The position numbers and the translations under genes are program-made. A model generated the notes under the pieces. The model saw only the letters and a list, made by a program, of their open reading frames with translations. It searched no databases and was not told where the DNA came from. Of a DNA stretch of 17,043 nucleotides, positions 1-7,493 are shown one piece after another. The first letter of the stretch is position 1, and each line of letters starts with the position of its first letter. The DNA lies in assembly GCA_019056785.1 (NCBI GenBank), contig DXJV01000096.1:1-17043 (forward strand), written 5' to 3'. Source of the DNA: Candidatus Heimdallarchaeota archaeon. Its GTDB lineage: Archaea > Asgardarchaeota > Heimdallarchaeia > JABLTI01.

Positions 1-1392
1 GCAATTTGTGGTTTCAATATTTGTATGGCTTTTTACAAGTCACCTGTTATGAGTCTTATTCCAGATATGCTTCCTCAAGATTATCGGAGTCAGGGCTCAG
101 GGGTATTAAATGTTGTTGGTGGCGTTGCCAGCATTACTGGATTAGTGCTCGTTTCAACTCTAATAAAACGCAATAGCCCTCTCTCTTTTTGGGCTTCGTC
201 CTTTATTATGCTAGGGTGCTTGGTGATTCTTTTACTCAGCGTTCGTGAGAAGAAGGAAATCGAGATAGAGAAAAGTGAAGAGAAAATTAATTTCTTTAAA
301 GCAATTAAAAATACTTTCAAAGAGAGCGACCGAACACTTCTCCTAATGTTATTCTCTATTTTCTTTCATACCGCTGGCTATACAGTGGCAGAAACATACA
401 TCAGTCGTTATGCAACAGAGGTTTTGTTATTTGACGAGTCAACTGCAGGTTATATTTTGGCTGCTTTTGTTGCTTTTTCAGTTATTTTAGCACTTCCGGC
501 AGGGTTAATCGGACGAAAGATTGGTGCCTTAAATGCTTGCCTTGTCGGGCTCATCGGTTTTATCATTGCGCTTATTCCGATAACGATTATAAGTTTAAGT
601 TCGATTGATGTCTTGCGTAACCTTTTAACGCTGAACACTTATACTCCACCATATTTTGAATGGACAACTCCGGTCTATTTATTCTTAGTCTGTTTATTGG
701 GCTTTAGTTGGTTGGTACTGTCTATAAATGCAATTGTTGTTATCTGGAACATGGCACCAAAGCGAAAAACAGCTACCTATACTAGCTATTTCTATGTTTT
801 CCTTCATCTCGCAGCAATCATAAGTCCATTTCTTGCAGGAGGGATTTTTGATGCTTTTGGTGTTTTCTTTAAAAATCATGGCTTAACTGATCGGTCTGGA
901 CTAGAGTTAATGTTTGTTTACATTGCTATATGTATGATTGTTTCTCTCGTTCTTGTGATTTTTGTGAAAAGTTTACGGACGAAGAAATTGCGGGAGATAA
1001 AAGATACAGATGAATATGTCCTCCGTCGACTTGATGAAAAGGAATATCCTTTGTTGTTTTTACCCATGTTACTTTTCGGTTTCGGCCTTCGCGAAGAAAG
1101 GGCCTTAATGGAGCTCCGGAGACAGCGGTTGAGAGAAAAACGTCGTATTAAACAAGAAATCCGACGTTTGAAACGTGAATTACGCCAATTAAAAAAACAA
1201 GTTCTTATTGGTGATATAAGTGAAGACCTTCGACAGCAGCTTGAAACTATTCGCGAATTACGTTTAACTGATAAAGTATTGAAAAAAGAATACCAAGAGA
1301 AACGACAAGAATTACTGGATGAAATTTTGAAAAAGAAAATGATCAAACATGTAGAAAAACAGGCCGAAAAAGAAAGCGAAAAAGAAAAATAA
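1..1392 (+). CDS. MFS transporter (MalT/SUC/SLC45-like sugar transporter), 5'-truncated by window edge, with charged coiled-coil C-terminal extension
   Basis: Frame is open from base 1 (AICGFNICMAFYKSPVMSLIPD...), so the Met at 25 is internal. Has MFS TM4-TM12 pattern, the 'P...L.PD..P...RS.G.G..N..GG' motif and 'LPAGLIGRKIG' loop. About 110-aa K/R/E-rich tail follows the last TM. Confidence 0.85.
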   Translation, partial: AICGFNICMAFYKSPVMSLIPDMLPQDYRSQGSGVLNVVGGVASITGLVLVSTLIKRNSPLSFWASSFIMLGCLVILLLSVREKKEIEIEKSEEKINFFKAIKNTFKESDRTLLLMLFSIFFHTAGYTVAETYISRYATEVLLFDESTAGYILAAFVAFSVILALPAGLIGRKIGALNACLVGLIGFIIALIPITIISLSSIDVLRNLLTLNTYTPPYFEWTTPVYLFLVCLLGFSWLVLSINAIVVIWNMAPKRKTATYTSYFYVFLHLAAIISPFLAGGIFDAFGVFFKNHGLTDRSGLELMFVYIAICMIVSLVLVIFVKSLRTKKLREIKDTDEYVLRRLDEKEYPLLFLPMLLFGFGLREERALMELRRQRLREKRRIKQEIRRLKRELRQLKKQVLIGDISEDLRQQLETIRELRLTDKVLKKEYQEKRQELLDEILKKKMIKHVEKQAEKESEKEK

Positions 1393-1413
1393 CTAACAAA
1401 GTTGATATCGTAA

Positions 1414-3120
1414 ATGCCCGAAATAAAATAATACTCTCTCACTTTTGAACAGCTTGGGTTTTTTTAGGATTAACCTTTCGTGGATTGTTTATTCAATTTA
1501 TGCCCCAATTTTTTTGGGTAATAATCTACAGCCACTTTTAGGTAATATTTAGTTGCTAAATACCATTATTGGGATCATTATGGTTTTAGATAATATTACA
1601 GCAATTATCATTCAACCAATTATCGGTAATCTCTCTAATTGGATTTGGATTCGCAAACTTAGTCGACGTATGCCTTTTTTAATAATTGGGATTCCTTTTG
1701 CTGCACTCTTTCTTGGTCTTATTGGAACCTTTGAGGAAATGTTTGTTTTGCTTTTGGTGGCAATATGTGGATTCAATATCTAAATGGCGTTCTATAATGC
1801 TCCTGCGATAAGCCTTTTGCCGAACTTTTTACCAGAAGAGAAGATGAGCTATGGTAACAGTATTCTTAATGCCATTGGTGGTCTGGCAAATATTGTTGGG
1901 CTGTTGTTATCTGCATTTCTCTATGTCATTAACCATCAGCTTGCTTTTTGGATCATGGCAATAATAATGATTATCTGCTTATTTATTCTCATTATTTTTA
2001 TCAGAGAAAAAAAAGAAGGACAATCGTCTTTACCAAAAGAACGATATGGTTTATTGTTTACGATAAAAAAGTCTTTCAAGAGAAAAATATTCTCCTCCTC
2101 CTTTTGCTATTTGTTGTCTTCATTCATAATGCCGCCTATCAAATTGCCCAGACTTTTTTCAGTAGTTATGCAGAGGAGCTTTTGCATTTTCCAGCGGAAA
2201 AATCAGCTACTATTCTTGGTATTTTCGTAATCTTTCAAATTGTTCTTTCACTTTTCGGAGGTATTTTAACGAAGTATATTGGTGTGACAAACTTTTTAAT
2301 TCCTGGTTCTCTTCTCTTTCTGGGTGGATTTCCTCCCTTAAGTGTTATTAGTTGTCTTTCGCCCGATTTTTTTGGTCGTGTTATTACTCTCAATAACGGG
2401 CTGTTTGGCTCATGGCAATTCTATTTCTATTTTCTAGCGATTTTAGTTATGGCTTTTAGTTGGCTCTTATTGTTCATGAATCTTTTATTGGTTATTTGGA
2501 ATATCGCTCCCCAGCAAAATATCGGAATGTTTACTGCTTTCTACTATGTCTTTTGGAATTTGGCAGCAATTCTAAGCCCTCTTCTTGCCGGCGGCTTTTT
2601 TGATTTAATAGGTTATTTAACAAGGATAAATGGTTTACAAACATTGTTTCTTTTGATCAGTGCCATCTATCTTGTTGCTTTACTAATTTTATTCATAATC
2701 CGGTGTAAACAGATTAAAGTCTTTCATAAAAAATATATATGATGAATCTTTTCTTGAGCAACAAATTATCTCTTGAGAACTGCCAATACGCTATTTATTA
2801 TTCTTCCTGTTCTCTGGACAGCAAAGAAAGGCTGAATTCAAGGATTTGAAAATACGACAGCAAGAAATTAAAAAAGAACAGAAAAAAGAGCTCAAAAATT
2901 TCAAAGCAGAATTTGCCATCATTAAAAATAAAATTCAAACAGAAGCACGAAAAATTCGGCGGCAAAAGATAAGAGAAAAAAGGCTAATTTAAAGCTCTAG
3001 AAAAAAGAACTTCGTGAAAATGTGAAAGCGTTTAAAAATGCCATTTTAAAAGAGCAAGTGAAAAATTTGCTGGAAAAAAGAATAGAAAAGAGAGAAAAAC
3101 CATTTATCGATACTCGATAA
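1414..3120 (+). pseudogene. Degraded tandem paralog of the upstream MFS transporter (includes ORF fragments 1553-1783, 1784-2230, 1948-2742)
   Basis: Manual reconstruction gives MPEIK*YSLTF..LGFF/RINLSWIVYSIYAPIFL...GNI*LLNTIIGIIMVLDN...QPIIGNLS...RRMPF...AICGFNI*MAFYNAP...TIKK/VFQEKN...LAAILSPLLAGGFFD.../DESFLEQQIIS*ELPIRYLLFFLFSG...coiled coil. In-frame stops at 1429, 1550, 1781, 2774 and 2998. Frameshifts near 1459-1466, 2065-2070, 2728-2740 and 2976-2981. Confidence 0.85.
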
Positions 3121-4357
3121 TCTCTTTCTCTCGTATTGGAAAGCCTTGAAATTCTAATCGCAGGATGCCTATAAATTCGCTGAAAATTTTCAAACTATTG
3201 ACAACAATGTGGAAATAAACTATCACTTTCAAAACTGTCAAACCAATGTTGGGGTCGAAGGTCCAATTGAAGTCAAAGAGAACATTTAGCTTTTCAACTA
3301 ACAGTTCAAAGACATTCAGCACTTGTGTCGTATATGGCCCAAATCCAAGCACCGACTGTAGTAAGACGAGGAGTAAGGGGATTTTTACTGCAATAGGAAA
3401 GACTTTCAAAAACATTAAACCTTGTTGTGGTCGAACAATCCTACCAATAATGGATTTGAGGATTTTAATTATCCCTGTAGTGACTATTGTCCCTCCATAG
3501 GCAAAAAGCCACCAGTTAAGTGGATAGTAAGTTGGCTGTGAAATAAATTCGAATACCGGCAAAAAGACTAGAATCATCATTGCTATACCAACAAATAATT
3601 CAAAGATGCCATTTGAAATTGTTTGTTTTCCTGAATATTCTCGATATCTAACAACTCGTTTCGGTTTTTCTTTTATTTCGTTTGATTGAGGTATTGTTGG
3701 TTGCTTTTCTACTCTTGAAACTGGTTTTACATTTGTAGAGCTTTCTGAAAGGATCTTGACTTTGGGTTCTTCTTCTATACTCGTTAGTTCTCTTTTTGCT
3801 TTATCAGTTGAAGTTTTTTCGGTAGAAGTTTGTTTCTTCTGAAATAGAGTTGGCAGTCGCGATGATAGTGTTTGCAAATCTTCAGGATAATACCCTTCGA
3901 GTGACAAGTAAACGAATAAGAGAGTAATGAGTATAATTGTAATCGTTGCGCTAATGGTTAACCCAGAAAAGAATCTTCTGCCTGCGACACCTGTTCCAAT
4001 ATTAAAGAAGGCCCCAATAACATTTAAAAAGAATTGCGCCACTAACGTAATTATTAGAACCCGGGTGTAGAGTGGGAAAAGCTCTTCTGTGACATAAACT
4101 TTCGGTTTCCCTCGCCGTTTATATTCTTTTGCGATTTCCTCAGGTTCACCCATTTGTTGAATTGCTTGTGTAAGCTCCTTCTCAGTGACCTCTCTTTTAC
4201 CGGCAATTTCAGTTGCCTTGTCCCAAATATGATTCTGTAATTCCTCGAGTATTTCTTCAACTTCTTTTTTGTTATTCCGTAACCAGAAAGGTAATTTATT
4301 TTCAACTGCTCTAAGAAATTCTTTTACAATCTTTTCGTTTTCAGATTCTATAGCCAT
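3104..4357 (-). CDS. HAAS-domain (DUF1700-like N-terminus) multi-pass membrane protein, probable PadR partner
   Basis: N-terminus 'VKEFLRAVENKLP...EEILEELQNHIWDKA...AIQQMGEPEEIAKEY' is the typical HAAS three-helix signature. About 6 TM segments follow. The gene lies 16 nt downstream of padR. Confidence 0.8.
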   Translation of the reverse strand: MAIESENEKIVKEFLRAVENKLPFWLRNNKKEVEEILEELQNHIWDKATEIAGKREVTEKELTQAIQQMGEPEEIAKEYKRRGKPKVYVTEELFPLYTRVLIITLVAQFFLNVIGAFFNIGTGVAGRRFFSGLTISATITIILITLLFVYLSLEGYYPEDLQTLSSRLPTLFQKKQTSTEKTSTDKAKRELTSIEEEPKVKILSESSTNVKPVSRVEKQPTIPQSNEIKEKPKRVVRYREYSGKQTISNGIFELFVGIAMMILVFLPVFEFISQPTYYPLNWWLFAYGGTIVTTGIIKILKSIIGRIVRPQQGLMFLKVFPIAVKIPLLLVLLQSVLGFGPYTTQVLNVFELLVEKLNVLFDFNWTFDPNIGLTVLKVIVYFHIVVNSLKIFSEFIGILRLEFQGFPIREKEIIEYR

Positions 4358-4373
4358 TTTTTCACTTCCTTTT

Positions 4374-4892
4374 TTATTTTAAATCTTCAATGTAAAGACC
4401 ACATACATCGCAGAATTTTGTAATTTCATCTAATTTTATTTTGTTTGCACAATTTGGGCAATAGATGTACTTATCTTTGGGCAAGGTGATTTTGTACTCC
4501 ATCAACGGTGCCATTGCCTCGAGTAATCTCGAAAAAAAGCCTGTCATGTGATTGAGTAATTTTTGCCCTTCTGCAGTCAACTGGTAATATTTCCTAATGC
4601 GTCCATCGATCTCCTTTTTTTCTGATTTGAGAACACCGTCTTTCTCCATCTTCCGTAAAAGAGGATAAATTGTCCCTTCCTCAACAATAAGTAAATTCTT
4701 TGTCTCACTTTCCAATGTTTTAATGATTTGATAGCCATATAACCCTGTTTGAGGATGTTGTTGGATGATCTGTAATATCGTCACCGTTGAAATTCCCCGC
4801 AATAACTCTGATTCAAATCCTTCCACGTACGTCCGGTAATGTTCTTTTGCAATTAATGCTTCTTCTCTAAATGTCCTCACTTTTTTTAACAT
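4374..4892 (-). CDS. PadR-family transcriptional regulator with C-terminal zinc ribbon
   Basis: PadR wHTH motifs 'ELLRG...IL', 'YGYQI', 'EGTIYPLLRKMEKDG', 'RKYYQLTAEG'. C-terminal CPNC-x12-CDVC. Confidence 0.92.
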   Translation of the reverse strand: MLKKVRTFREEALIAKEHYRTYVEGFESELLRGISTVTILQIIQQHPQTGLYGYQIIKTLESETKNLLIVEEGTIYPLLRKMEKDGVLKSEKKEIDGRIRKYYQLTAEGQKLLNHMTGFFSRLLEAMAPLMEYKITLPKDKYIYCPNCANKIKLDEITKFCDVCGLYIEDLK

Positions 4893-4937
4893 TACTTCTT
4901 TCCGCCTTTTTAGTAGTCGTTTAATATTATTTGCCGA

Positions 4938-4976
4938 ATACTATGAATAATACAGTATCCCTCTTTTTAAATATTT
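4938..4976 (-). promoter_or_regulatory. Putative PadR operator (imperfect inverted repeat ATACT-N11-AGTAT, 4938-4958) next to a TATA-like box of the padR operon
   Basis: Sequence atactatgaataatacagtat. Minus-strand TATTTAAAAA at about 4973-4964 lies just upstream of it relative to padR. Confidence 0.5.
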
Positions 4977-5066
4977 AGAATTTTAAAAGGAAGTGAATGG
5001 AAGGAAAGAAAGCTTTAAAACGTTAAAAAAGGACTAAAATAATCAGCTGTAAAGGAGAAAAAAAAC

Positions 5067-6383
5067 TTGTCTGTTGAAAGAAAATTCGAAAAGATAACGT
5101 TGTCTGCCTCGATTCTTGCAATGATTGGAACCGTGTTAATAATTATCGGAATAGGTATTGGTTCGGCTTTTTTGACTGATGTCCGGTTATTAGCATTAAT
5201 TGTCCTTATTTTGGGAATTTTTGTTATTAGTGTGATTACTTTCATTGGTTCGTTGCCTGCAAATCGTTTTCAATTTACAGATGAACGTCCGGCGCTTCTC
5301 GCTTTTCTTGCATTATTCTTTGCACCTTTTACTCTTATTTCAAATTACACGACTCCCTTGTATTTACTCATTAAATTAGTCATTGGAGAGAGTTCCATTT
5401 CTCTTCTTCATTACTTTACCTTGGGTGGAATTTTCCTCATGACTATTTCGTTCTTGTTATTTGTCTGGGTTTTCTTCTGGAAACTCCCGGAACGGCGCCC
5501 CACACTGGAAGAGAATTCTGAGCTCCCGATTGCCAAAGCCCTTGCTCAAATTACTGGCTTTTTAACGATGGTTGCGATCATTGGTGTGATAATTGGTTTG
5601 TTGTTCCCGGTGTCTGATTCAAGAAATAGTCTCTTGCAAACTAGCTTAGGTGCTGTTGTCAGTCCAAGTGCCCTGGCTTTTCTCTTTTATCTTCTAATGA
5701 TTTTTACAACAGCCTTATTTGTGTTTATTAGTCCTTTTGAAAAAGTTGCTATACCCCGTACAGATTTAGCTTTACTTTTCTTACTCTTTACGTTTTTAGC
5801 CCTACCGGGATATGAACCATTAACTGCTTCTACTTCAATTTGGAGTTCGCCTGTGTATAAGCTCTTAGAATATGGTCTTCTTGTCTTTTCTGACATGAAT
5901 ATTTTTGGTTGGATTTTACTAACAAGTGTTCTCTTGAATGTTTTTGCATTATTGCTTGGTGTCCTTACTTTCTTCTTGAAGATTAGTGCTTTTGTCTCAG
6001 AAGAAGTTGTACGAACCCCTCGAAGAAGGCAAAAACCTCTTGTCCAATCGGAATCCACACAAGGAAGTGAAACACTTGGCACACTGGCTCAGACATTGGC
6101 TAGTTCAACTACAACCCAAACCCCACCAACTACAGTACCAACCAGCCAATCTGTCCCCACCTCGAGTGGACCGCCATCTGCTATAGCAAAACCAGTTAGT
6201 GGTGCTCCACCCAGTGCTTCCCCCCCTGCTTTTGGCATTTCAACTCAGCCGGCAACAAAACAAACAACACCTACAAAAACGCTTGAAAGGCAAAAGCCAA
6301 CATGCCCATTCTGTGGTAAAGAATTAACATTTATTGAACAATACCAACGATGGTATTGCTATAATTGCAGTCAATACGTTTAA
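5067..6383 (+). CDS. Hypothetical 8-TM membrane protein with Pro/Ser/Thr-rich linker and C-terminal zinc ribbon
   Basis: TTG start preceded by AAGGAG. About 8 hydrophobic segments, then a low-complexity PST region, ending CPFCGKELTFIEQYQRWYCYNCSQYV. Confidence 0.8.
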   Translation: MSVERKFEKITLSASILAMIGTVLIIIGIGIGSAFLTDVRLLALIVLILGIFVISVITFIGSLPANRFQFTDERPALLAFLALFFAPFTLISNYTTPLYLLIKLVIGESSISLLHYFTLGGIFLMTISFLLFVWVFFWKLPERRPTLEENSELPIAKALAQITGFLTMVAIIGVIIGLLFPVSDSRNSLLQTSLGAVVSPSALAFLFYLLMIFTTALFVFISPFEKVAIPRTDLALLFLLFTFLALPGYEPLTASTSIWSSPVYKLLEYGLLVFSDMNIFGWILLTSVLLNVFALLLGVLTFFLKISAFVSEEVVRTPRRRQKPLVQSESTQGSETLGTLAQTLASSTTTQTPPTTVPTSQSVPTSSGPPSAIAKPVSGAPPSASPPAFGISTQPATKQTTPTKTLERQKPTCPFCGKELTFIEQYQRWYCYNCSQYV

Positions 6384-6396
6384 GGAAGCAATACCA

Positions 6397-6413
6397 TTCT
6401 TCTTTTTTCTCTT
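6397..6413 (+). terminator. Oligo-pyrimidine/T-rich archaeal-type terminator candidate
   Basis: ttcttcttttttctctt lies just after the stop at 6383, between convergent genes. Confidence 0.4.
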
Positions 6414-6414
6414 G

Positions 6415-6669
6415 TTATTTCTTAATGAGTTTATATTTTGCTAAAAGAATTGGTTTACAGCGAGAAAGCCTGGGACAACCAGTGCATTTCAGTTCTTCAC
6501 AAAATGTTGCTTCTTTTTTAAAATCATCAATCCGTTCAAGATAACCCAATTTTACAAGTTGGTCAAGTAATAAGACGACTGTCCCTTCTTCTATCCCAAG
6601 CTTTCGTGCAATTGTAGCAGTATTCGCATCTCCTCCAGCTCGTAAATACTCGAGAACTTTAGAAAGCAT
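6415..6669 (-). CDS. feoC: FeoC-like winged-helix protein with Fe-S-type cysteine motif
   Basis: 84 aa. wHTH ('IARKLGIEEGTVVLLLDQLVKLGYLER') plus C57-x4-C62-x2-C65-x5-C71, matching the FeoC CX4CXXCX5-8C motif. Last gene of the feoB operon. Confidence 0.8.
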   Translation of the reverse strand: MLSKVLEYLRAGGDANTATIARKLGIEEGTVVLLLDQLVKLGYLERIDDFKKEATFCEELKCTGCPRLSRCKPILLAKYKLIKK

Positions 6670-6713
6670 ATTTATTGTTACTGTTCTTCTTGCTTTTTAA
6701 TTTTCACACAATT

Positions 6714-7481
6714 TTAGAACCATTTCCGCCTTTTTCTCCTTCGATGACCACATAGTGGCCTTCGTCGAAGATGCATTGTCCTGTGGTTATTTTGTTCTAT
6801 TTCTGTCGCTAAACCATCTAAAGCAGGTTGCAGCTTTTCAGGTAGAAGTACTATATGGCGAATGGTTAATAAACGAAAGAGAGGTGTTGTAAAAATGGCT
6901 AAAAGAATTGGCAAATAGAAATAGGTATCAATATGGATTACTTCAGCATTTATTGCTGCTGAAATTAATCCATTTAGAATATCTGCAATAATAACCAAAA
7001 GATAAATAATGCCAAACAGGCTCCCTATGCCTGAGCCAATGATAAGAAATGAATCGGCTTCTTGATTTTTCTTTCTAAAATAATATATTAGTGCCCATAG
7101 CATAACCAGGCTAATAATAATTAAGACAAAAGAGGTTACTTTCAATTGTTGCCAACCGAATATTGCTGTTTTTTGATAAAAACTCCAGCTTTCATTTTCT
7201 TTGAGCCCGAAGAGTACTAAAATGCTTAAAATCCCTCCAACCAAATAAAGGACGGTTAAAATGATTGTTAATCCTATGATTGTTTTGGTTATTCTTGGTC
7301 GATTCAACCGGTCGATTTTTTCTTGTGTGATTATTCTTTTTTTCTTTCTTTCCTTTTTGCAGAGCTGCTTCTTTATGATTGTTACTGAAAGCTCTGGATG
7401 TGCTTCTACTTCTTCCTTTGGAATGGTTTGTTGTTCTTTCTCCGTGTTTTTTTTATTTTCTTGTTTGATTTTTTTATTCAA
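6714..7481 (-). CDS. Hypothetical 4-TM membrane protein within feo operon
   Basis: Starts 12 nt after the feoB stop, with GAGGTGAG RBS-like motif before a TTG. Lys-rich N-terminus, four TMs, His/Arg/Cys-containing basic C-tail. Confidence 0.75.
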   Translation of the reverse strand: MNKKIKQENKKNTEKEQQTIPKEEVEAHPELSVTIIKKQLCKKERKKKRIITQEKIDRLNRPRITKTIIGLTIILTVLYLVGGILSILVLFGLKENESWSFYQKTAIFGWQQLKVTSFVLIIISLVMLWALIYYFRKKNQEADSFLIIGSGIGSLFGIIYLLVIIADILNGLISAAINAEVIHIDTYFYLPILLAIFTTPLFRLLTIRHIVLLPEKLQPALDGLATEIEQNNHRTMHLRRRPLCGHRRRKRRKWF

Positions 7482-7493
7482 CCATTCCTCACC

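Noticed and set aside
918-1442. 174-aa antisense ORF
   Set aside because: Shadow of the K/E/R-rich coiled-coil coding strand, with F/S-rich composition and no motif.
1553-2742. Three separate small membrane-protein genes, or a split transporter
   Set aside because: They are collinear fragments of one MFS paralog, joined by a single stop and a 1-nt deletion in an A6 run.
1414-3120. Stop-codon reassignment, selenocysteine/pyrrolysine read-through or programmed frameshifting in the second MFS gene (e.g. TAA at 1781 aligned to Cys of the paralog)
   Set aside because: Stops are of all three types and come with four frameshifts. Other genes terminate normally at TAA, TAG and TGA. Decay is the simpler explanation.
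6100-6290. DNA tandem repeat or CRISPR-like array in the C/A-rich stretch
   Set aside because: No regular repeat unit or spacers. The composition is explained by Pro/Thr/Ser codons.
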